Part shown: positions 9,389 to 18,511 of the stretch, piece by piece
How the letters are laid out: each line of letters opens with the position of its first letter
Numbering within the stretch: the first letter of the stretch is position 1
Virus record (IMG/VR): IMGVR_UViG_3300028888_000107
Coordinates: 1 to 64,000 of that record
Origin: a virus
Taxonomy: Duplodnaviria; Caudoviricetes
DNA: 64,000 nucleotides
Strand: one strand, 5' to 3'
Made by a program: the position numbers and the translations under genes
Notes under the pieces: model-generated
Seen by the model: the letters and a program-made list of their open reading frames with translations, nothing else
What the model was told of the DNA's origin: nothing
Database searches by the model: none

Positions 9389-9994
9389 TTATTGTTGCCA
9401 AGATTCAAAGTTTTCAATCTCTTTAATTGAAGTATCCCAATCACCGTTAAACTTAAGTCCGTGGTCATCAAGATAAATATCCGCAATGGGCTTGCCAGTA
9501 TCGTTTTGCACGCCATACGGGTTTTCGTTTATGTAGTCATAGGTTATGTTGTTTTGCTTTAGCCATTCCCTTAATTCGGGAGTGTTACCCCTGCAGGTAA
9601 ACACAATAATTGTCCAACCTTGTTCCTTTAGTTTAAGGGTTCCCTTATCGGCATTTTCAACAGGTTTGCCAAAAACATTATCGCCAAGCCAACCTTGCGA
9701 GTAATCATGCAAAACACCATCAAAGTCTATACATATAGTTTTGTTGTGGTCTTCCTTTTTTGCGGGAACCGTTTTTAAATAGGGGTCGTTGAACCTTTCA
9801 TCGGATTGGCAAAAGATACGGTCGCAGATGTCCATATTTTTTTCAAAATAATCAATGGCATCATCTGCATTATCAAACCATTCTATTTGCTCACCGTTTT
9901 TATCATATATTATGTATTGCGTGGCAAAAAAATTGTTCAAAAACGAACCCAAGTCGTTTTCGAACATTTCATTTATTCTTTTAATGTGTACCAT
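9389..9994 (-). CDS. HAD-superfamily phosphatase with capsid-targeting-like N-terminus
   Basis: Start reassigned to MVHIKRINEMFE; motif I ICIDFDGVL, motif II VFTCR, motif III/IV GKPIADIYLDD. Confidence 0.8.
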   Translation of the reverse strand: MVHIKRINEMFENDLGSFLNNFFATQYIIYDKNGEQIEWFDNADDAIDYFEKNMDICDRIFCQSDERFNDPYLKTVPAKKEDHNKTICIDFDGVLHDYSQGWLGDNVFGKPVENADKGTLKLKEQGWTIIVFTCRGNTPELREWLKQNNITYDYINENPYGVQNDTGKPIADIYLDDHGLKFNGDWDTSIKEIENFESWQQ

Positions 9995-10014
9995 CAGGGA
10001 ATTCAAATTTATTA

Positions 10015-10022
10015 TATTTATA
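10015..10022 (-). promoter_or_regulatory. Late promoter TATAAATA
   Basis: Exact match 21 nt upstream of ATG 9994. Confidence 0.65.
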
Positions 10023-10025
10023 TTT

Positions 10026-10448
10026 CTATGGTTTCCTAATGGCAATCTTCTTAAACCCTATATCCATCAAACCGTTGCACAACCAAGCCTCGTCATTGTT
10101 TATGTAAACACCATCAAACTTTTGTTCCTTTAGGTACAGGTTTATGCGCTTTAATATGTTCTTTTTATCGGTTTTGTTAACAAGATGGCTCATATCAAAA
10201 AACACAAGTTTGCGAAAAACCTTTCCGTTTTTGTGTATTTTTCTGTTTAGGGCATACATACCCTTATCGTTTTCCATAAGTAATATAAACAAAGGTGACC
10301 CATTTTTCAAACCAATGACACCGTACGAGTGCATAATGTAGTTGTTGGAATAACCAATTGCCCTCGCAAGTGTTTTAAAGTAAACACGGTATTTGGCGTG
10401 CCACACATCCCTTAACTTTTTGAATCCGAGTATTTCCATTTTTAGCAT
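10026..10448 (-). CDS. Hypothetical protein
   Basis: 140-aa ORF packed between neighbouring genes. Confidence 0.55.
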   Translation of the reverse strand: MLKMEILGFKKLRDVWHAKYRVYFKTLARAIGYSNNYIMHSYGVIGLKNGSPLFILLMENDKGMYALNRKIHKNGKVFRKLVFFDMSHLVNKTDKKNILKRINLYLKEQKFDGVYINNDEAWLCNGLMDIGFKKIAIRKP

Positions 10449-10452
10449 ATAT

Positions 10453-12171
10453 TTAAAATATATCCAATAGTTTTTTCACGTCCTCCCTGTTGTAACCCAA
10501 ATTGGTTATTTTTTTATCAAGTCCCTTTGCCTTTTTTGGGTCAAGTTTTGATTTTATTTCTTCTATTTTATTTATGGTTCCCTCACAAAAAGCAACGTAT
10601 TCGTTTAATTTGGAAAAAAACGATTTCCAAGTTTCGGGCAATTTGGCATAGTTTGTTTTTGGCAGTATGCCAAGTTCCCTTTTGTAGTTGGAAATGCTTC
10701 TCCTGCTTTTAACACCAACCAACACGCAAAGGGTATCGTTGTTTTTGGTGTTGTCGTTTATAAGGTTGGGGTGTTCAACCAAGGCAAGCAAAAGTTTTAT
10801 TACACAGGAATACTTTTTGTTCTTTTTTATGTTTATGCTTTTTTGTCTATCTTCGTTGCTCCACACCGCATAGTTTTCATCATAGGTGGTTGTGGCGTAT
10901 TGGTAGGCACCGTTAAAGTCCCTTTCAAATTCTTCAACACTGTATTCATCCCTTTTTACGGTTCCGTTTAAATAGCCGCATTCGCCAAGCATTGCGTTTA
11001 GTTGGTTTTTTACCCTGCTTTTGCATTCGTTTTTGCCTATGTTGTTTCGGCTATCCCTTATAAGTTTCATTGTGTATTCTCGTGTAAAGGAATTTCTTGA
11101 AAGGGATCTCCAATATTCATTGTATTCCTTTTTAGCCAACTTCTCGTTTTTGTTTTTAAGAAGTTTTCTTTTTGCTTGCGGGATGTTTTTAAACAACTTG
11201 TTTTTTGTGTTAAAGCAATTTATGTTCCTGCAGGCAAAGTCAAAAAGTTTGTCGCTGCCAACACCCTTTCTTTCGTTTAGCACCTTGTAAAGTTTTTCAT
11301 ATTTGCCCATATCTTCCACAAAATAATCCTCCACTATTGAATACAAGTCATCAAACTTGTATGTTTTAATGGGTGTTTTGCTTGAAACAATTGGGTGGTA
11401 TGTGTCCTTTACATTCCAATAGGTAATAAAATCGTTTATGTATTCTTTGTCGCTTATGTAGGGGTTTTTTATTTGCCAACCCGTGTACATTAAATCCCCA
11501 TCAAAAAGGTAGGCAATAAAGGTTAGCACATCCCTGTAACGGTTCCAATAGGGAAGTTGTTCCTTTACAAAAATGTTTTTGCTATCAACGTATGCGTTGT
11601 ATATTTTTATTTCCTTTTCAAGTATGTAGTGCAGTTGGGTGTGTCCGTTTTTAATGTGTATTTGAAACATACTTGGCAAGGGCAACCCAAGTTCCTTTAA
11701 TATCTTAAATTTGTTTTTTAGTTTCTTTTGAACCATTTCGGTTTTTTCAAAGGTTTCCCTTGAATCATACCCTTCAAAAAAATCATCAATATCCACCACA
11801 ACATCTTCTCTAACCGAATGGTCAAGTCCTGCCGATACTTGCAAATACTCGGACTTGTCTTCAAAATATTCAATAATGTTGTTGTATTTGTGAAGGCACA
11901 ATTCCCTTGACAGATCTTTGTCCTTTGCAATGTTGTTTGTATGGTTAAACAACCAACACTTTGTTTTGCTTGGGTTTCTTTTTGATTTTTTTCTTTTGGA
12001 AACAACCGAACCATCTTCTTTGCTTATCCAAGCATAATAGGTTTCGTTGTTTACAGTAATTTCTTTTTTTGTTAGATTGCTTTTTGGATAGAACACCTCT
12101 CCCTTGTAAAGCCCATCAACATACTTTTTCCTACTTGTGTCCCAATATGTGCCTTTTTTGGTTTTACTCAT
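10453..12171 (-). CDS. ColE2-type replicase / AEP primase-like protein with C-terminal HTH
   Basis: VVVDIDD, KNGHTQLHYIL, GDLMYTGWQIKNPY and YKFDDL echo ColE2-family Rep motifs (NGHAHLLY, DVNYSGLICKNP, YTLDEL); SRNSF is PriCT-like; LCVLVGVKSRRSISNYK is HTH-like. Confidence 0.6.
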   Translation of the reverse strand: MSKTKKGTYWDTSRKKYVDGLYKGEVFYPKSNLTKKEITVNNETYYAWISKEDGSVVSKRKKSKRNPSKTKCWLFNHTNNIAKDKDLSRELCLHKYNNIIEYFEDKSEYLQVSAGLDHSVREDVVVDIDDFFEGYDSRETFEKTEMVQKKLKNKFKILKELGLPLPSMFQIHIKNGHTQLHYILEKEIKIYNAYVDSKNIFVKEQLPYWNRYRDVLTFIAYLFDGDLMYTGWQIKNPYISDKEYINDFITYWNVKDTYHPIVSSKTPIKTYKFDDLYSIVEDYFVEDMGKYEKLYKVLNERKGVGSDKLFDFACRNINCFNTKNKLFKNIPQAKRKLLKNKNEKLAKKEYNEYWRSLSRNSFTREYTMKLIRDSRNNIGKNECKSRVKNQLNAMLGECGYLNGTVKRDEYSVEEFERDFNGAYQYATTTYDENYAVWSNEDRQKSINIKKNKKYSCVIKLLLALVEHPNLINDNTKNNDTLCVLVGVKSRRSISNYKRELGILPKTNYAKLPETWKSFFSKLNEYVAFCEGTINKIEEIKSKLDPKKAKGLDKKITNLGYNREDVKKLLDIF

Positions 12172-12269
12172 TGTTTGCGTAAAATAATGCCTTAAACGCC
12201 ACGAAAACCGCTTTATTCAAGTTGTGCGTATTCTATAAAAGATATAGCCAACAATATGTTTATATGCGT

Positions 12270-13928
12270 TTATTCAACAAAGTGGCTGAAACCGTTTTGC
12301 TTCTTAACTTCCAGCACCCTATCCACTGTTGAATTTTCAAGGTTGGCGTGGTGTACTATAAACATATTCATATTTAGGTCTTTTGAAAAGTCCTTAAATA
12401 TGTCAAGCAGCTCGTTGCAACTGCCAACATCAATACCGCTTAACACCTCATCCAAAAACAAAAGGTTTATGTCGTTTATTTTGGTTTTCATTATTTTTAA
12501 AAAGGCAAGGGTAACCGCAATGTCCGATTTTTTTCTTTCACCGTTGGAAAGGGTTTTGTAACTAACTTCCTCCCCCATATAAAACAACTTGCAATTGTAG
12601 TTTATGTCAAAGAGTATCTTGTAGCCAATGTTTAGTTTTTCCCTTAACTCATCCACGCACTTGTTTATAATGGGGATGTACATATTGCTTATGTATTGCT
12701 TTAAGCCGTTTTCGGAAAACACACCCAAAACAACATCAAGCAACTTAAGGTTTTTCTCGGTTTTTGCCAATTCCTTTTCTGCCGGTTCTATTTTTTTGGT
12801 TATGTCGTCCACAAGGGATAGCATATCATCAATTTGCTTTTGTTTGTTTTCGTCAAGTGCTTGGATGCTTCTTTTCAAATCGGATGCCAAAAGTTTGGTT
12901 TCGTTTGCCTTTTTTCTTGCACTATCCAATTTTCTATCCAACTCAACAAGGACGTTTCTTATGTGGTCGCTATCCATTTTGGCACGGTTGAACTTGTTTA
13001 GGGCATCGCTGTACTTTGTTTCAAGTTCTTCCTTTATTTTAGTGTGCGCTTCATCGCAAAGGTCGGCACCGCAAGTCGGGCATTTTTTGTTGTTGTAAAG
13101 CGACATTTGCCTTTTAAGGATTTCAAGTTCGGAGTTTGCCTTTACGTATGCCTCCCTTTTTTCGCTTTCCATAGCAACACCCCTTTCCTTTTTTTCAACA
13201 ATTGCCTTACCCGCATCTTCTATTTTTTTGTATTCTTCGTCCAGCCTTTGCAATTCGGTTTCCATTGTTGCCTTTTCGTTGGCTATAACGTCTTCGCTTT
13301 TTTCACCGCTTTTTATAGCCTCTATTTTTTCTTTTATGGAGGTTATGGACTCGTTGTAACTGTTTATTTTGTTTTCCAAGCCAAAGGATGTTTGGTTTAG
13401 TTCCTTGATTTTATCCTTTACCTTTTGGTTTATTTCGTTTAGGATGCTGTAACCAAACAACCTGTCTATAATTTCCCTTTTTTCCTTTGGGGTAAGTTTA
13501 ATAAAGGATTTGAAACTATCAACACTTAACACAATGGAATTTCTAAACAAAGAATAAGGCACTCGGTAAATTTCCTCTTCCAAAAAGTTTTGCACGTTTG
13601 CCTTGCCTGCTGTGTCAACCTTTTTGCCGTTTACAAAAACTTCAAAAATGGATGGGTTCAAGCCACGGTGAATTTCAACCTTGTTATCACCGCTTGATAT
13701 GTAAATCCACCCCTCCATGTTTTTGTTTATTCGGTTTGGTATTTGGGGTAATGTAAACCCATCCACTTGCCCATACAACATAAAAGTTATAAGGTTGGAG
13801 ATACTTGTTTTCCCACTTCCGTTTTCTCCGCAAAGCAAGGTTAAAGAGGAATCTTGGTCAAAAGTTAGTTCTTGCCAAGAATTTCCCCAACTTGTAAAAT
13901 TGCGCCATTTTACCTTTTCTATCTTCAT
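12270..13928 (-). CDS. gp46: T4 gp46-like SbcC/Rad50 ATPase
   Basis: WRNFTSWGN, Walker A GENGSGKT, coiled coils with CPTCG zinc hook, LSNGE signature, Walker B LFLDE, H-loop VHH. Confidence 0.95.
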   Translation of the reverse strand: MKIEKVKWRNFTSWGNSWQELTFDQDSSLTLLCGENGSGKTSISNLITFMLYGQVDGFTLPQIPNRINKNMEGWIYISSGDNKVEIHRGLNPSIFEVFVNGKKVDTAGKANVQNFLEEEIYRVPYSLFRNSIVLSVDSFKSFIKLTPKEKREIIDRLFGYSILNEINQKVKDKIKELNQTSFGLENKINSYNESITSIKEKIEAIKSGEKSEDVIANEKATMETELQRLDEEYKKIEDAGKAIVEKKERGVAMESEKREAYVKANSELEILKRQMSLYNNKKCPTCGADLCDEAHTKIKEELETKYSDALNKFNRAKMDSDHIRNVLVELDRKLDSARKKANETKLLASDLKRSIQALDENKQKQIDDMLSLVDDITKKIEPAEKELAKTEKNLKLLDVVLGVFSENGLKQYISNMYIPIINKCVDELREKLNIGYKILFDINYNCKLFYMGEEVSYKTLSNGERKKSDIAVTLAFLKIMKTKINDINLLFLDEVLSGIDVGSCNELLDIFKDFSKDLNMNMFIVHHANLENSTVDRVLEVKKQNGFSHFVE

Positions 13929-14152
13929 TACTTACCGTTTTTCCTGTAAACAATTCTTCCATTGGTAACATCATAAGGGGATATTTCAACCTTTACAATA
14001 TCGCCAACCATAATTCTAATATTGTTAATTCTTATCTTACCGCCTATGTATGCGGTAACAACGAAACCGTTGTCAAGTTCAACCTTGTACTTGTTGTTTG
14101 AAAGGTCTTCTATTACGGTGCCTTCCATTGAAATTAAGTTTCCTTTTCCCAT
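13928..14152 (-). CDS. infA: Translation initiation factor IF-1
   Basis: EGTVIEDLSNNKYKVELDNG, GKIRINNIRIMVGDIVKVEISPYD and GRIVYR. Confidence 0.95.
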   Translation of the reverse strand: MGKGNLISMEGTVIEDLSNNKYKVELDNGFVVTAYIGGKIRINNIRIMVGDIVKVEISPYDVTNGRIVYRKNGK

Positions 14153-14170
14153 TAATTGTTTTTTCTTTAT

Positions 14171-14181
14171 ATATAATAAAA
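14171..14181 (-). promoter_or_regulatory. Recurring TTTTATTATAT motif (candidate third promoter class)
   Basis: Same 11-mer also lies upstream of the starts at 25829, 29548, 54997 and 59962. Confidence 0.35.
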
Positions 14182-14196
14182 TTAAAAAATCTTGTT

Positions 14197-14640
14197 CTAT
14201 TTTAATTTTTGCAAAACCATATCCGACACAACCTTTCCGTTAGCGGTTGGGTGTTTTGCTTTGACTTTCTTTATAATAGTTCCCATGTTTTTCTTAATTG
14301 GTTCAACACCAGAATCTATAATTGCGTTTATCTCTTTTTCTATATCTTGTTCTGTAACGGGTTCGGGAAGATACATTTTAATAAAATCCGCTTCCTTTCT
14401 TTCGTTGAAGGCAAGATCTTGTCTTCCACCGGCAACATACAACGCCTCGGCTTCTTCCCGTTGCTTAACCATTTTGTTCAGGATTTGTATCTCAATAGCG
14501 TCATCCATTTTTTTGCTAACGGCTTCTTTGGAAGCGTTATATTTTTGAAACTCGGATTTAATAAGTTTTAAAATTCCCAAACAACCTGAATTGCATTTTG
14601 TTTCTTGAGCAATGAGCTCATCAATCTTTTCTCTTAACAT
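14197..14640 (-). CDS. GatB/YqeY-domain protein
   Basis: ILNKMVKQREEAEALYVAGGRQDL, KEADFIKMYLP, MGTIIKKV and ANGKVVS. Confidence 0.9.
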   Translation of the reverse strand: MLREKIDELIAQETKCNSGCLGILKLIKSEFQKYNASKEAVSKKMDDAIEIQILNKMVKQREEAEALYVAGGRQDLAFNERKEADFIKMYLPEPVTEQDIEKEINAIIDSGVEPIKKNMGTIIKKVKAKHPTANGKVVSDMVLQKLK

Positions 14641-14729
14641 CGTTAATATTTTTATAAATTATATGTTTTGCTTAATTACTTTGTATATTTTTGTTTCATA
14701 CTGTAATTTTTGCAAACCTTTACTTTCAT

Positions 14730-14945
14730 TTAACCAAATATTTTTTTGTATTCCACTTGTTTTTTAATTTGTTTAGTTGCATATTTCATCAAATGTTCAT
14801 CTATTTTTACACAAGCACGTGCAAGTTCCATTTGTTCAAATGTGCCACTTTGGGTATGTAACATTTTTAATCTTCTTTTCTTGTTTAGACTATCAATGGT
14901 TATGTGTTTTTTCCAAATACTGTTTTTTATTTTACGTATTTTCAT
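14730..14945 (-). CDS. Hypothetical basic protein
   Basis: 71-aa co-oriented ORF. Confidence 0.5.
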   Translation of the reverse strand: MKIRKIKNSIWKKHITIDSLNKKRRLKMLHTQSGTFEQMELARACVKIDEHLMKYATKQIKKQVEYKKIFG

Positions 14946-14958
14946 TGTTTACAAGTTT

Positions 14959-15756
14959 TTATCTTCTTTTACCTATTATCCAAAACAAGCAATTTGGTTC
15001 CAAATAGGGTACACATTTTGATTCGTATATTGGGTCCAACTCAATATCGCCAACTTTTTTAAAAACCTTGTCCTCATACCCAAGTTCGGACTTAACCACC
15101 GTTAGATTTTTGATATTTAGTGGTGCGTACTTTTTAAGGGTTTTTTGTACGTTATAGCCAACACTTACGGCTGTTACCTTTACATCTGTTCTGTTTGTAA
15201 GAATTAAACCCCAAAGCACACCGCAAAGGTTCATACCGCTTCCTGCTGTTATAACAATATGCTTTACTTCTTTTGGAAGGTTTTTGGTTTGCAATGCGGT
15301 TTGGTAAATGCTTTCCCAACTTTCCATTCCAAAGGGGACGTTAAGGCAATTGTTTTCTTCGGCATCCTTTTTTGCCCTTGCTATAATAACACTGTTGTGC
15401 CAAGTGTCTTCGTGGTGGATAATTTCAGCACCATCGCCAATTGCAATTTTTAATTCTTCGGTATCCTTTCCCCTAATGGTGTGACACCTGCATTTTTTGT
15501 TTAGGTTTTTGCAAATATTGGCAACTATTTGGATTTGCGGGCTAAACCTTGAACCAGCCGTAACAACGGTATCTTTGTCGCTTTTGGAAATTATACCGTA
15601 TGCCTGTCTTGCCTTTGCGCCAACCACATCAAACACTTGGTAAAGGTCATCCCTTTTTACCCAATAATCGCCCACACGATATACTGGTGTTAATTCGGGT
15701 GCTTCCTTGTCAAAGTTGCTAAATACACTTGGTGTTATTTCAAATAAAGAAACCAT
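14959..15756 (-). CDS. PLP-dependent fold-type II enzyme (ACC deaminase / D-cysteine desulfhydrase-like)
   Basis: LTPV...WVKRDDL...GAKARQ (Schiff-base Lys), TAGSGMNLCG phosphate loop, LDPIYESK. Confidence 0.8.
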   Translation of the reverse strand: MVSLFEITPSVFSNFDKEAPELTPVYRVGDYWVKRDDLYQVFDVVGAKARQAYGIISKSDKDTVVTAGSRFSPQIQIVANICKNLNKKCRCHTIRGKDTEELKIAIGDGAEIIHHEDTWHNSVIIARAKKDAEENNCLNVPFGMESWESIYQTALQTKNLPKEVKHIVITAGSGMNLCGVLWGLILTNRTDVKVTAVSVGYNVQKTLKKYAPLNIKNLTVVKSELGYEDKVFKKVGDIELDPIYESKCVPYLEPNCLFWIIGKRR

Positions 15757-15773
15757 TTATGTTTTATATATAT

Positions 15774-16661
15774 TTAGTCATTGTTTTCGTTGTAGGATTC
15801 TTCAACAAAATATTTAATAAGTTCTTTGTGGTTTTCAACATCTTCTTTATACAAGTTAAATCTGTATTCGCCTTTTGCGTAGTAGTTTTTAAGTTCGCCA
15901 AACTTTGTTTCTTCTATTTTCTTGTTGCGTTCTTGTGTTTGCTTGCACTTTACATAAAATGTTGTGTATTTCATTCTTGGAATAAAACTCACAAAGTTTA
16001 TTGTTGTTCCATTCTTTACCAGATTTATATATGATTTAAGATATGATAATTTGTATTCTTTATCAATTGCGGCAATAAATTTGTTGTATATACTATCAAC
16101 AACCGCCATTGCGTTTTCGGTTGTTTTTTTGTCTTCCCTGTTTAACCAAAAGTTTCTGTCTTTATCTTCTTCTATCTTTACATCATCCCCTATATTATAT
16201 GTGTCAAGCACCTTGTGAAAATGTAGTAAAGTTGTGTCGGAACTTTCGGATTTTAAGGGAAGCATTTCATACGCTATTATTGGAGTGATTCTTGAAAGCA
16301 ATTCAAGAGCAATGTACGATTTACTTTTTATAATGTTTTCCGCTATAATAACAGCAACATATTCATGTTCGGCATCGTTTTTTGCAAGCAAGGATTGGTA
16401 GGTAACAGTTCTTACCAAATGGTCGGCATCCAAATCCCCAAGTTGTATTTCAACAGCATATTGCGTGGATTCGTTGCAAGATTGCAAAACCAAGTCAACC
16501 CTTCCATAGCCTATCAAGGAAACTTCTCTTTTTGCGGTTAAGTCTCCAAGGTTCAAAGAATTGGTATATTTTGCTATGTATTTCTGAACATCATATTCGG
16601 AAATCGTTGATTCTTTTTTCAAGTTAACTTTTGTGCAAGATGCTAATTTTTCTTTTTCCAT
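15774..16661 (-). CDS. NucS/EndoMS-like PD-(D/E)XK nuclease-fold protein with C-terminal DUF5655-like domain
   Basis: GRVDLVL...YAVEIQLGDLDADHLVR pattern; start reassigned to MEKEKLAS because the upstream ATG lies inside the promoter. Confidence 0.5.
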   Translation of the reverse strand: MEKEKLASCTKVNLKKESTISEYDVQKYIAKYTNSLNLGDLTAKREVSLIGYGRVDLVLQSCNESTQYAVEIQLGDLDADHLVRTVTYQSLLAKNDAEHEYVAVIIAENIIKSKSYIALELLSRITPIIAYEMLPLKSESSDTTLLHFHKVLDTYNIGDDVKIEEDKDRNFWLNREDKKTTENAMAVVDSIYNKFIAAIDKEYKLSYLKSYINLVKNGTTINFVSFIPRMKYTTFYVKCKQTQERNKKIEETKFGELKNYYAKGEYRFNLYKEDVENHKELIKYFVEESYNENND

Positions 16662-16675
16662 ATCTTTATTGTTTT

Positions 16676-16754
16676 TAATTACAGTGCAAAAATACAAAAA
16701 TGTTTTAATATATGCAACTAAAAAACAAAAAAGTTATTAACAAAGTTATTAACA
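16676..16754 (-). promoter_or_regulatory. Early promoter cassette copy 1 (Bacteroidota TAnnTTTG -7 box plus tandem TTATTAACA boxes)
   Basis: Minus strand: TGTTAATAACTT x2 ... GTTG-N20-TATTTTTG ... TAATTAAAAAC leader. Confidence 0.8.
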
Positions 16755-16872
16755 ATATACTATAAAATTTTTATCAAATAATAATCCACTCAATATATAA
16801 ACAATGGTACATGTGTTTTTACTAAAATTAACAAATTCCTTTAGTGTTAACTTCAAATAAAAATTTATATTA

Positions 16873-17748
16873 TTAGATTCCTATACGTTTATACAAATTT
16901 TCTAACATAGTTTTTCTTTTTTCTTCGCCAACTTGTTTTGTTGATAAAACCACAATTTTTTCAAATTTAATAAAATTACCATTGCATACCCACATTTTAT
17001 GGTTAAACAAATTATCTTGTTTTGGTAATGCCCCAAGATAATGTATTGGATTATAATTAAAATACTCTATGGGGTACACAAAAGATATGTGGCTTTTACC
17101 AAAATTTCCATAAAGGCAAACATTTGTTAACCAATATATATTTTTTCCAACAATTTCAAAAACCTGAATTCCATATAAAACACCATTACACCTATATGAA
17201 ATTTTTATAATGTTAGAATTATTTAATAAAATTTGCTTTTCTATTTTTTTTAAATCAATATCAACACTTGAATTTGAGATATCTTTCCATTTATTTAGCA
17301 AATTATCAATTTCATACGCCTTGTTATCAACATAAAAATTATAATCCAAACCATTATAAGTATATATTTTTATATTTTCATCATTGATTATTCTTTTACA
17401 AGAATTTTTAATTTTGCATTTCTTAACTTTTTTTTCGTCCCAACTAACAATAAAATCATAAAGTGTGTAATCGTTATTTTGTGTTTCATTACTATTTTTT
17501 GGAAAGTACCAAAATATTTGTCCTTCTATGTCCAAATCTTTTCGATTAACATTACCAAACACCATTGCGTATGTGCTGTGATTTGTTCGTTTTAATAAAA
17601 CATATCCACCATTTTTTGATTTCACAAATCCGGGTGTTTCCGAATATGGCAAAAGTGTATAATAAATAGACGGACAAGTTTCAACAAAATTTATTAAATC
17701 TTTTGGTGCTTTTCTAAAATCAACTATATTTAAATCGTTATAATTCAT
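16873..17748 (-). CDS. Very AT-rich hypothetical protein, possibly DUF2156/FemABX-like GNAT
   Basis: Loose similarity only: NDYTLYD, LLNKWK, NGVLYGIQVFE, HYLGA...NLFNHK. TATAAATA at 17762-17769. Confidence 0.45.
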   Translation of the reverse strand: MNYNDLNIVDFRKAPKDLINFVETCPSIYYTLLPYSETPGFVKSKNGGYVLLKRTNHSTYAMVFGNVNRKDLDIEGQIFWYFPKNSNETQNNDYTLYDFIVSWDEKKVKKCKIKNSCKRIINDENIKIYTYNGLDYNFYVDNKAYEIDNLLNKWKDISNSSVDIDLKKIEKQILLNNSNIIKISYRCNGVLYGIQVFEIVGKNIYWLTNVCLYGNFGKSHISFVYPIEYFNYNPIHYLGALPKQDNLFNHKMWVCNGNFIKFEKIVVLSTKQVGEEKRKTMLENLYKRIGI

Positions 17749-17761
17749 GTAAAGTTTTTGC

Positions 17762-17769
17762 TATTTATA
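17762..17769 (-). promoter_or_regulatory. Late promoter TATAAATA
   Basis: Exact match 14 nt upstream of ATG 17748; the local sequence is extremely AT-rich, so chance is possible. Confidence 0.45.
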
Positions 17770-18415
17770 ATATTGGTTCATCTTTCATTTGAATATCGTT
17801 ATAAAGATTTCGTAAGCAAACCCCAGTTTTTTCAACAATCCATTGTGATGTTGGAGAACCCTTATCATTACAAACTTTTTCCGTAATGCTTGTCAAATAA
17901 TATTCTTCATTATCATACAAAATAGTTCTATTTCCAGAAACAATACATTTTATTGTATTATCTTTTTTGTAAACCAAAACATCACCATCTTTTAAACCCA
18001 TTTCATAAAAGTTAAGGGGTCCTCTTTGCAATTTTTTTTCTTTAAATTGTGCAATTTTATCATTTGATGTTAAATTATTTTCAATTTCTTTATTAATTTC
18101 ATTTGTTACTTCTTCTATACTAAATAAACTTATAAGTCCTATAATGCTTTTTGGGTCCAATCTAAAAAATTCACGGTTATTGTTTACACGAACAACCCCA
18201 AATGCTTTATGAAGTTCCTTTTCAACTAAATCGCAATTGTTAACCGTGCAAGAATATTCACACACAAAAGGCACAGGAACTCCTGTTGAAAAAAGTTCTT
18301 TCATTCTATCATTAACATCGGTTCTTGTTGTTTTTCCTATTTTAACAAGACCCGGCATACAAGGGTTTGACAAAACATAAATAATTCCTTGCTTTTTGCT
18401 TAATGTGTTTTCCAT
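17765..18415 (-). CDS. GIY-YIG T5orf172/MUG113-family protein with RAMA-like C-terminus
   Basis: GIIYVLSNPCMPGLVKIGKT, RMKELFSTGVPVPF, VEKELH and REFF; C-terminal NFYEMGLKDGDVL. Confidence 0.85.
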   Translation of the reverse strand: MENTLSKKQGIIYVLSNPCMPGLVKIGKTTRTDVNDRMKELFSTGVPVPFVCEYSCTVNNCDLVEKELHKAFGVVRVNNNREFFRLDPKSIIGLISLFSIEEVTNEINKEIENNLTSNDKIAQFKEKKLQRGPLNFYEMGLKDGDVLVYKKDNTIKCIVSGNRTILYDNEEYYLTSITEKVCNDKGSPTSQWIVEKTGVCLRNLYNDIQMKDEPIL

Positions 18416-18428
18416 ATCTTTGTTGTTT

Positions 18429-18506
18429 TAATTACAGTGCAAAAATACAAAACTTTTTAATATATGCAACTAAAAAACAAAAAAGTTATTAACAAAGATA
18501 TCAACA
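18429..18506 (-). promoter_or_regulatory. Early promoter cassette copy 2
   Basis: Near-identical to copy 1, including the leader up to the ATG at 18415. Confidence 0.8.
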
Positions 18507-18511
18507 ATACA

